Shown in pieces: positions 9,786 to 17,340 of a stretch of DNA of 62,719 nt. The notes beneath the pieces were generated by a model. That model was not told the DNA's origin. It saw only the letters and a list, made by a program, of their open reading frames with translations, and made no database searches. The stretch covers positions 15,619 to 78,337 of the forward strand of contig DAINMX010000003.1 in the NCBI GenBank assembly GCA_036736205.1. Reading direction: 5' to 3'. The stretch comes from Myxococcota bacterium (GTDB lineage Bacteria > Myxococcota > XYA12-FULL-58-9). Within the stretch, counting starts at the first letter, position 1, and every line of letters starts with the position of its first letter. A program made the position numbers and the translations under genes.

Positions 9786-9872
9786 TCATCTACCATTGCC
9801 ACCACGGAACCGTTGAAACACCTACCACCGTCGAGAATGCTACAACCGTTCATGGCAGCCAACAACATGGAT

Positions 9873-10742
9873 TTAGAAGCAAGAGGAGTTGGGCAACCCG
9901 GCAATCGCCGAATAGTCGTTGCCCACCGCAGGTGCCACGTAGGCTTGGAAGTCAGAGCCGTTGTCATTGCTGTCAGAGTCAGTGAAGTGGGTGGCGAAAC
10001 AGCGGCCCACGGTTTGGCCCTCAGCCGGAACAATCGCCGCCATGCCTTCCCCAATAAAGACGTCAGTCGCCCCAAAGCTTCCATAGCCAACCGCATCGAC
10101 CACTCGGTCTAGGCAGTCCACCAGCCGCAGGTTATCGGGACCGTTTTGCAGATCCATTTCAATCATAGGCTGATCGAGATTGGGTACACCGGATTCACCC
10201 ATGACGTAGTAGCCATCGCTGGGGATAACGCCCGAAAGTGGCAGCTCGAACAGCCGAACCCCGCCATTGCCATTGAAGTGCTCCATCCTCAATCCTTTGA
10301 GGTCCGTGCCCGGAACCCCGCGCAGCTCGACAAAAGAATGAGATGTCTCCGCGTCGCTGCCAGGCTCATTCGGCAACAGTTCATTGATGACAACGAGCCC
10401 GAAAAATGACGGGCACACGAAGCTGTCACCGACCGTGGTGTCACCGACCCTGGTATCACCGGTCATCGAATCACCGACCCTGGTGTCACCGGTCATCGAG
10501 TCACCGATCCTCGTGTCACCGGTCATCGAGTCACCACCGCCATCGCTGCGACTGTCGTAGTCTCCCGAAGCCATGCAGCGTCGGTCGATGCAATCAAGGC
10601 CTGGGTTGCAGGTGCCGTCTCTGTTGCAATTGCAGCCACCAGTCCCCCAGGTACACATTGTTTGATAGGGATTGGGAGGATCCTCTTGGGTGCACGCAAA
10701 CAGGTTGGCTGCGCAAACAACAATGAGTGTACTTTTGTGCAT
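9873..10742 (-). CDS. Secreted lipoprotein with a Cys-rich module, a 10-aa tandem repeat and a lamin tail domain (LTD)
   Basis: ATG 10742 is preceded by GGAGG. The lipobox reads LIVVCAANLFAC and the Cys-rich stretch reads CTWGTGGCNCNRDGTCNPGLDCIDRRC. (GDSMTGDTRV)x3 follows, then an LTD-like core VVINELLPNEPGSD..SFVELRG...LKGLRMEHFNGNG. Confidence 0.75.
   Translation of the reverse strand: MHKSTLIVVCAANLFACTQEDPPNPYQTMCTWGTGGCNCNRDGTCNPGLDCIDRRCMASGDYDSRSDGGGDSMTGDTRIGDSMTGDTRVGDSMTGDTRVGDTTVGDSFVCPSFFGLVVINELLPNEPGSDAETSHSFVELRGVPGTDLKGLRMEHFNGNGGVRLFELPLSGVIPSDGYYVMGESGVPNLDQPMIEMDLQNGPDNLRLVDCLDRVVDAVGYGSFGATDVFIGEGMAAIVPAEGQTVGRCFATHFTDSDSNDNGSDFQAYVAPAVGNDYSAIAGLPNSSCF
10426..10535. repeat. 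30-bp tandem repeat inside the LTD lipoprotein gene: three full units plus a half unit
   Basis: Units lie at 10441-10470, 10471-10500 and 10501-10530 (tcaccgaccctggtRtcaccggtcatcgaR), differing by 1-3 nt. They encode GDSMTGDTR(I/V) on the minus strand. Confidence 0.9.
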
Positions 10743-10856
10743 AGGGACCTCCACGCGGGTTCTATCACTTCTGCGGCGGGTTGCCAGCTGCGTTTACTCC
10801 GACTCTAGACTCACTTATGGTGTGACCGCCAAACAGTCATCCAAAGGGGATGGTTC

Positions 10857-12035
10857 ATGTCCGAACACAGCTTTTCCGAAGTCACCGAGCACGGTTGGCT
10901 CGGCCGCATCACAGAGTCGCTCAAGAGTGTCGTGGTAGGCATCATCCTCTTCATTGTGGCCTTCCCCGTGTTGTGGTGGAACGAAGGCAACTCCGTCGAG
11001 ACCTACAAGAGTCTCAAGGAAGGTGCCACCTCCGTTGTTTCGATAGCGGCAGACAAGGTCGACGAGGCCAACGACGGCAAGCTCGTTCACATGTCGGGGG
11101 ACGCAGAGACCACTGACCGGTTGCAAGATCCGACTTTCCTTGTCGAAGAAAATGCAATCCGACTGTCCCGAAACGTCGAGATGTACCAATGGACTGAGCG
11201 CCAAGAAAGCAAGAAGAACAAGAAGGTCGGCGGCAAAGAAGAGACCGTCACAACCTACACTTACGCCAAAGAGTGGAAGAATTCCGCGGTTAGCTCGAGC
11301 TCCTTCAAAAAGCCCGAAGGTCACGAAAACCCGGGAAGCATGCCCTATGCAGACGACTCCTGGATTGCCGGCAAAGTCACATTGGGCGCATTCGAGCTTT
11401 CCGATGATCTCAAGGGTGCCATCTCCAAGTCGGAAACCGTCAGGTACACCGCACAGCTACACGACAGGTTGCCGCCGCCCCTCAAATCCAAGAGTCAAGT
11501 CTACGGCGAAGCCCTCTACATCGGCAGCAACCCGGGCTCGCCTGAGGTGGGCGACGTTCGCATCACCTTCACAAAAGTTCCGCAGGGCAAGGTCAGTCTC
11601 TTTTCTCAACAATCGGGAAACACTTTCCAGCCCTACCAAACAAAGGCGGGGAAAGCTCTCGAGCGTCTGCAAATGGGCACCGTGTCGGCAGCACAGATGT
11701 TCGAGCAGGCGCAGCAGGAAAACGTCGTCTTCACTTGGATCCTGCGCATCATCGGCTTCATCTTGATGTTCGCAGGCGTGAGCATGGTCTTTAGGCCCAT
11801 CGCGGTGGTCGCGGATGTTGTACCAATCGTTGGTGATATTCTCCGGATGGGTTTCGGCATTGTCGCATTTGCAGTGGCAGCGCCGCTGACCTTGGTCACC
11901 ATCGCCATTGCTTGGTTGGTCTACCGACCCGTCCTTGGCGTCGCACTGTTGTTGATCGCTTCCGGCATCATCGTCGGTATCAAGATGTTGGCGACCAAGA
12001 GGAAGAAGGCGGCGGCACCAGCATCCGCATATTAA
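10857..12035 (+). CDS. TMEM43/LUMA family membrane protein (DUF1625)
   Basis: The family-typical N-terminus is SEVTEHGWLGRITESLKSVVVGIILFIVAFPVLWWNEGNSV. It also has KLVHMSGDA, VEMYQWTE, EETVTTYTY and GHENPGSMPY, and a C-terminal cluster of TM helices. Confidence 0.85.
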   Translation: MSEHSFSEVTEHGWLGRITESLKSVVVGIILFIVAFPVLWWNEGNSVETYKSLKEGATSVVSIAADKVDEANDGKLVHMSGDAETTDRLQDPTFLVEENAIRLSRNVEMYQWTERQESKKNKKVGGKEETVTTYTYAKEWKNSAVSSSSFKKPEGHENPGSMPYADDSWIAGKVTLGAFELSDDLKGAISKSETVRYTAQLHDRLPPPLKSKSQVYGEALYIGSNPGSPEVGDVRITFTKVPQGKVSLFSQQSGNTFQPYQTKAGKALERLQMGTVSAAQMFEQAQQENVVFTWILRIIGFILMFAGVSMVFRPIAVVADVVPIVGDILRMGFGIVAFAVAAPLTLVTIAIAWLVYRPVLGVALLLIASGIIVGIKMLATKRKKAAAPASAY

Positions 12036-13537
12036 TGGGGACAAAACCGGTGCAGGGGAATCGAACGTCCGGCAGTCACCCTACCCGGCTTTGGCAACAG
12101 TTCATGACGGCGTTGACGGTCATGCAGTGCCTTTGCTGTGGCATAGGATACCGCGCCGCTCGCACCGACCTGCCCAAGGAGGAACGGGGTGTCGCCGAGC
12201 TCACCCGCATGGTTCTCGACTACAAGACAGCCCTCAAGAAGAGAGATTTTGACCTTGCAGAGAAGATCCTTGAGGCGCTCGACAACGAGATAGCCAACGT
12301 TGATGGAGTCACGCGCTCCCATCCCGACTTTGAAGAGGTCAATCGCGCAGCGGAAAAAGCGAGGCCAGCATTGGTGGCAGCAAGACGTCGCGACCGCGTG
12401 GAGCACCTCCTCGGGAAGTTGCGCGGTGATATTGACCGTGGTGAGTCACTTTGCATAAAGCTCACCAAGGACGGACCCTCGGCCAAACTCCTCGAGGAGC
12501 TCAACAGCCTAACTGAATCCTTCAACGCGAGTCTCACAGGGGGCGAAACACTCAAGGAGGACAGGCTCTACTCTGATTCTGTTCCCCCAATCGTTGAAGC
12601 GCTTGGCCGATTTAAGACTCGTGCGGCCGAGTTTGATTGGCTCCTCCAGTTGTCGAGAGAACTCGTGCCTCCCATTAACCGAGCGCTCGCGGCGGAAACG
12701 GCCGCCAAGAGCGACACGGGACTCAAGGATCGCATGGGTGCCTCCACGGCCGCGGCGGCAGGATTCGCAGAGTGCACCGAGATCATCACTCGATACCGCG
12801 AAGCTGACGGCTACAACGATCAGCTGAAGATTCAAAGCGGTCTCGGCGACGTCTCCCTCGACGAAGCAGGCCTCACCTGCGAGATGCGACGAGCCGGAGC
12901 AGACCAACTACGGGCCACCTTGGAATGGCAACAGGGTGTGGATACGGCCGCCCAAGCCGCAAGCCGAGCGGTCGAAGCTCTGAAAGCGAGCGCAGGCGCC
13001 GATGCGGCACTCGCGCTCATTGGACCCGCGCTGGAAGCTCTCACCGAATGCGAGCGGAGCATCAGCACCACCCGGGATCAACCTGGATTCGATGGTTCCA
13101 TCATGTTCAAGACAATTTTCGGCGAGCTCAAGGTGCGCAAGCTCTACGAAGCTTGTAACGGGGAAAAAGAGCGCCTCGCCAAAGCGAACCCCGCCCTCCA
13201 TTGGAAAAGCGCGATCGATCGTCTTCGGAAGCGGGTCGGCGAAGCCAAGAACGCCCTCAACGCAGCCAAGAGCGCAACCACTCCTGAGGAAAAGATCAAG
13301 ACCCTATGGACCGCGGTAGGCGGCTACGCCGAGTGCCTCGAGCAGACACAGCATCTCAACGTCACCGACAACCCGAAATGGAAACGGGCCAATCCCTCCG
13401 CCAGAGACTTCGCCTGGCTGCATTCCTTGGCAAAGACCTGCAATACGCAACAAGCAAGAGCCAAGAGCCTCCTGGACCGAGCCGAAAGTGCGTCTCGCTC
13501 AAAGAAGAAGAAGAGCAGACGAAAACGCCAGCGCTGA
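12035..13537 (+). CDS. Hypothetical all-helical protein with three xAECxE modules and a polybasic C-terminal tail
   Basis: ATG 12035 overlaps the TMEM43 stop (TAATG). The composition is helix-rich and charged. Motifs GFAECTEI, ALTECERS and GYAECLEQ recur, and the C-terminus reads SRSKKKKSRRKRQR. The tracked ORF start at 11912 lies inside the TMEM43 gene and was rejected. No family was recognised. Confidence 0.6.
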   Translation: MGTKPVQGNRTSGSHPTRLWQQFMTALTVMQCLCCGIGYRAARTDLPKEERGVAELTRMVLDYKTALKKRDFDLAEKILEALDNEIANVDGVTRSHPDFEEVNRAAEKARPALVAARRRDRVEHLLGKLRGDIDRGESLCIKLTKDGPSAKLLEELNSLTESFNASLTGGETLKEDRLYSDSVPPIVEALGRFKTRAAEFDWLLQLSRELVPPINRALAAETAAKSDTGLKDRMGASTAAAAGFAECTEIITRYREADGYNDQLKIQSGLGDVSLDEAGLTCEMRRAGADQLRATLEWQQGVDTAAQAASRAVEALKASAGADAALALIGPALEALTECERSISTTRDQPGFDGSIMFKTIFGELKVRKLYEACNGEKERLAKANPALHWKSAIDRLRKRVGEAKNALNAAKSATTPEEKIKTLWTAVGGYAECLEQTQHLNVTDNPKWKRANPSARDFAWLHSLAKTCNTQQARAKSLLDRAESASRSKKKKSRRKRQR

Positions 13538-13554
13538 ATGGGTGTGACGAGTGC

Positions 13555-14475
13555 TCAGGCTCGGATGTTGTTGATGATGCCCTTGCGAGTGTCGTCTTGA
13601 TTCTTGAGGATGTTGCTCAGAGTGCTGGTCAGCTGCTGATACCGCTCGACCATATACTGCAGTTTGTAGATGTCTTGATTGACGACGGAGGCAATCGCCT
13701 CCGCTTGCGGTTCGAGACGATCCAACAACTTCTGCGCCTCCTCCTTGGTGAGTTGCTCATCTTTGTGATCGACGATGGTGGCCTTGCCATCCTCACCTAT
13801 CGTTATTTCTCGGTAGCTGAAGGTCTCGGTGCTGCCGTCGTCTGGCCAGTCGGCGAGCATCGCCTCGAGCTCGTTGACATACGCCCGGGTCTCGTTGCCG
13901 AACTGCTCCCGCTCCGCGACCTCGAAGAAGAAATTGTGAAGATTCTTTTCGACGCCCCAGACCCCCTCGAAGATGAGGGTCTCACTCGCCCCATCACGCT
14001 GGTCGTTCCCCTCTGACATCATCCACTGCTCATAGGTCATGTTGGTGGCATCTTGCAGATCCGTGGAAACACTGTTGACTTCGATTCCGTTGGGTTTGGC
14101 CTCATCCTCGTCCCACGCCGCTTTGCCTAGATCCATCAGTATCTTCTGGAGCTTCTCACGACTGCTGGGCGCGAGTCGCGCAAACGCCTCATCGACAACA
14201 ACCTGTTGCCGCTCTGTGAGGCGTGGAATGTCGATTCTCTGGCCGTTGGTGAAGGTGTGATTGATGAATCTCGGTTTGTCACTCAATGATTGGGTCGTAC
14301 CGTTCCCGAGCGCCGACAGATCGGTCTTGCCTATCCCCATCACCGTCGCGGGGCCATTGCGATCAAATTGACTGGACTGATGTAGTTCCTGGCGGCGACG
14401 CACCTGCAGCTGCTCTTGCTCTTGCTCCCTGGCGACCGATCTGCCGCGAACTTCATCTACCGTCAGCTTTGACAT
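13555..14475 (-). CDS. Hypothetical protein with a type III secretion needle-subunit-like C-terminal helix
   Basis: 306-aa ORF with clean coding appearance. The C-terminal 34 residues (LQYMVERYQQLTSTLSNILKNQDDTRKGIINNIR) align without gaps to the PrgI/MxiH C-terminus, recalled from memory. See findings. Confidence 0.6.
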   Translation of the reverse strand: MSKLTVDEVRGRSVAREQEQEQLQVRRRQELHQSSQFDRNGPATVMGIGKTDLSALGNGTTQSLSDKPRFINHTFTNGQRIDIPRLTERQQVVVDEAFARLAPSSREKLQKILMDLGKAAWDEDEAKPNGIEVNSVSTDLQDATNMTYEQWMMSEGNDQRDGASETLIFEGVWGVEKNLHNFFFEVAEREQFGNETRAYVNELEAMLADWPDDGSTETFSYREITIGEDGKATIVDHKDEQLTKEEAQKLLDRLEPQAEAIASVVNQDIYKLQYMVERYQQLTSTLSNILKNQDDTRKGIINNIRA

Positions 14476-14660
14476 GATTGCTCCTCGCTAACACAACACC
14501 GAGCGAATTTTCGAGAATCAGGTTTCTCGATCTCATTATCGCAGTCGATCCCAATTGGTTGCGTAAATAGTCGTGGAGGAAATGGCCTGACGCGACACGG
14601 CAAACTCGGCCGAGGTCTCGCCCGTGGCTCGCGGCCGGTGGCAGTGATATGGAGGATACC

Positions 14661-14710
14661 CACATGATGTCGGGATCAACATGATGTAGGGATCAACATG
14701 AGGTGGGGAC
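14661..14710. repeat. Three imperfect tandem copies of a 16-17-nt unit (CAACATGATGTNGGGAT) directly upstream of the gpsA start
   Basis: Read directly: 14661-14676 cacatgatgtcgggat, 14677-14693 caacatgatgtagggat and 14694-14710 caacatgaggtggggac. The last copy supplies the GAGGTGG Shine-Dalgarno sequence. Confidence 0.85.
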
Positions 14711-14711
14711 C

Positions 14712-15731
14712 ATGTCCGATGAATCGCTGAACGTTGGTGTCCTGGGGGCAGGGAGCTGGGGCACAGCACTGGCCTACTTGCTCTCGACTCGCTCCCACAA
14801 CGTGACACACTGGGCGCTCGAACCAGAGGTAGTCGCCGGCATCAATCGCGAACGACGCAATCCGCTATACATGAGCCAACTGGAGATCCCACAGAACATC
14901 CACGCGACCGGCGATCTCGAAGAAGTTGTGCACGAGTCCCAGATGCTGCTGTTTGTCATCCCAGCACAATACGTGCGCAAATATCTGGTGCAGCTGCGCG
15001 ACATCCTACCCTCGGGAATCCCGCTGGTCATCTGCTCCAAAGGCATCGAACGCAACTCCCTCGCAACCATGGAGCAGGTCTTCATTGAGGAGCTCCCAGG
15101 AAAAACTCACCGCGATATCTGCGTTCTCTCTGGCCCGTCCTTTGCCCTCGAAGTCACACAGAACATGCCAACCAATGTTACCGTCGCCTCCAGGACCCTG
15201 GGAACCGCGCGGCGCGTGCAGGACGTCTTGGCGACCAAGGTGTTCCGGATATACACCACCGACGATGTCACCGGAGTCGAGCTCGGCGGTTCACTGAAGA
15301 ACGTTATGGCAATTGCCGTCGGTGCCAGTGACGGCCTCGGGTTTGGCACCAACACGCGAGCCGGCTTGATTACCCGCGGCCTCTCAGAGATGTCACGCTT
15401 GGCGGTCAACATGGGCGGCCGACCGGAGACCATGCTCGGCCTCGCAGGCGTTGGTGACCTCATACTTACCTGTACATCGGATCTCAGCCGCAACCGTCAG
15501 GTCGGCAAAATGCTTGGCGAGGGTCGCGCCATCGCCGATATCCAAAAAGAAATGCGCCAGGTAGCAGAGGGCGTGCCTACCGCTGAGTCAGCACATCAGC
15601 TGGCATTGCGACGGGAGGTCGACATGCCGATCACAGAGCAAGTCTACAACGTGATCTACGAGGGAAAGACCGTCCCCGAGGCAATGGCCGCCCTGCAGGC
15701 CCGCACCCTAAAAGAGGAGTGGAGTCCCTGA
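14712..15731 (+). CDS. gpsA: NAD(P)H-dependent glycerol-3-phosphate dehydrogenase
   Basis: The NAD-binding motif is VGVLGAGSWGTALA, followed by GSLKNVMAIAVGASDGLGFGTN and LTCTSDLSRNRQVG. The start was set to ATG 14712, behind GAGGTGG. Confidence 0.92.
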   Translation: MSDESLNVGVLGAGSWGTALAYLLSTRSHNVTHWALEPEVVAGINRERRNPLYMSQLEIPQNIHATGDLEEVVHESQMLLFVIPAQYVRKYLVQLRDILPSGIPLVICSKGIERNSLATMEQVFIEELPGKTHRDICVLSGPSFALEVTQNMPTNVTVASRTLGTARRVQDVLATKVFRIYTTDDVTGVELGGSLKNVMAIAVGASDGLGFGTNTRAGLITRGLSEMSRLAVNMGGRPETMLGLAGVGDLILTCTSDLSRNRQVGKMLGEGRAIADIQKEMRQVAEGVPTAESAHQLALRREVDMPITEQVYNVIYEGKTVPEAMAALQARTLKEEWSP

Positions 15732-15735
15732 GCTC

Positions 15736-16458
15736 TCACCGGCCGGTGTGGATCCGCTCGGTCGCTCGGCTATCGGGGCACGCACGTTGTACTGCGCGCG
15801 CGATCGCTCGCCGAAAATCCCGTCGCATCTCGGGGGACAGGGCATGTCCAGCGGCATATTCGCGCCAGGTCGCGTCAAAACCCACGTCACGCAAATGTGC
15901 GATTCCAGCGCGCGCTTCAGCAGCCGGCAGCAACCGATCGTCACGGCCGTGCAGAGCGACCACGGGAGGCGGAACACCTGTGAATGTTGCTGGCCAGAGG
16001 GAAGGGGGCAGCCAGCCTGCTGCAAAAATGACCTCGCCGACCGCATCGGCATGAAGGACCGCAAGGGTCAACGACAGCACCGCACCCTGGGAATAGCCGA
16101 CGATCACGGGATTACCGCAGGTTTCCCTGGATCTTTTGTGCCTTGCGATCAACCTGCTCAAACGACCGGCCGAACCGCGTATGCCAGCCAACATCTCCGT
16201 CGTGTCTGAATCCATAGGTTCACCTGAAAACCACGATCCACCCCGCCCGTATGCCACCGGGGCCCTGGGGACAATCACCCGGGCGGACACGGGCAACTCA
16301 TCGAACAAACGCACGAAATGCTCGGGCGAATCCCCTCTTCCATGTATCGCCACGACCAGCGGCAACTTTTTGCCCTCCTGCGCGTCCCCTGTGGTCGTCT
16401 CCACAAATTCCAACTCTGACTCATTCGGTTGGACCGCTGATCTATCCCTGCAGATCAA
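15736..16458 (-). CDS. Alpha/beta hydrolase, phospholipase/carboxylesterase-like
   Basis: The nucleophile elbow reads VIVGYSQGA, the N-terminal oxyanion-type stretch reads VVAIHGRGDS, and late HGRDD and AGHA segments are consistent with a Ser-Asp-His triad. Confidence 0.7.
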   Translation of the reverse strand: MICRDRSAVQPNESELEFVETTTGDAQEGKKLPLVVAIHGRGDSPEHFVRLFDELPVSARVIVPRAPVAYGRGGSWFSGEPMDSDTTEMLAGIRGSAGRLSRLIARHKRSRETCGNPVIVGYSQGAVLSLTLAVLHADAVGEVIFAAGWLPPSLWPATFTGVPPPVVALHGRDDRLLPAAEARAGIAHLRDVGFDATWREYAAGHALSPEMRRDFRRAIARAVQRACPDSRATERIHTGR

Positions 16459-17284
16459 CTGCCCTGGTGCGCTCGATACACCGCACGGCAGATTTCACCA
16501 TTTGTCGAGCGCTCGCGTTGCCAAAGGTGAATGCCCTGACCCCTAAAGATTCCAGAACGGCGGCCCGGCGCATGAGCTCCTCGACACCATCGCATCCGGC
16601 ATCGACCGCCTGCCCGATCCGGCCATAGAATTCCTCGAGGAACTGCAGCTTGGCAAGCAATCGCTCGCGCCCCCCTGCTCGCTGTGGATGATGGGCACAA
16701 AACAGTACATCAACATCAAAGAGCACCGCCTTCTTCAACGACACTATTTGTTCGGCGATATCCTCATCGCAGCGAAAGTATTTGATCCGATCAGCCAAGT
16801 AGAGGTCGCCGGAAAACATACAGCCATGCTCAGGCATCCAGTAGACCGTATGATCGCGAGAATGTCCGGGCGTGTGAACGGGCTCGAAACGATGACCACC
16901 GGCCTCAAATGGTGCGTCAACCGCCGTAACCCCAACGGGATCTGCCGGTCCCCACACCCAGTGCTGGTATGGCAAGATACGAAAAGGTGTGGCGAGCTTC
17001 TCTTGTGTGGCGAGGTGTCCGAGAACAGGAAGGCCGTAAGCTGCCTTGAGTGCGCCTGCGTTGCCGCTGTGGTCCTCATGGTGATGCGTGAGCAGCACCG
17101 CCTCAATCTCATGGGCACGAGCCAACTCGAGCACCTGACGACGCAGATGCGAAAGACCGGAGTCAATCAATACATGCCCGACGACCCACACGAAGACGCT
17201 CATCCATGGCTGCCCAACGACCGACCAACCGAGCTCGTAACCTTGGGCAATGCCAAAGTTATGCCGCCTCACCAACTCAGGCAT
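16442..17284 (-). CDS. MBL-fold metallo-hydrolase
   Basis: The HxHxDH motif is present in LLTHHHEDHSGN, with downstream HTPGHSRDH. Confidence 0.85.
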   Translation of the reverse strand: MPELVRRHNFGIAQGYELGWSVVGQPWMSVFVWVVGHVLIDSGLSHLRRQVLELARAHEIEAVLLTHHHEDHSGNAGALKAAYGLPVLGHLATQEKLATPFRILPYQHWVWGPADPVGVTAVDAPFEAGGHRFEPVHTPGHSRDHTVYWMPEHGCMFSGDLYLADRIKYFRCDEDIAEQIVSLKKAVLFDVDVLFCAHHPQRAGGRERLLAKLQFLEEFYGRIGQAVDAGCDGVEELMRRAAVLESLGVRAFTFGNASARQMVKSAVRCIERTRAVDLQG

Positions 17285-17340
17285 GGGAAAACCCTTGTCG
17301 AGTGCGGTGCTCGACCCAACGCTTGTCGACCACTTGCGGC

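Noticed and set aside
11140-11766. A 208-aa alternative-frame ORF inside the TMEM43 gene. The tracked start at 11912 for the downstream gene is a related case.
   Set aside because: The TMEM43 frame carries the family motifs, and the alternative frame is Arg/Ser/Pro-rich. Starting the downstream gene at 11912 would put its first 41 codons, which look non-protein-like, inside the TMEM43 gene. ATG 12035 with the TAATG coupling is more plausible.
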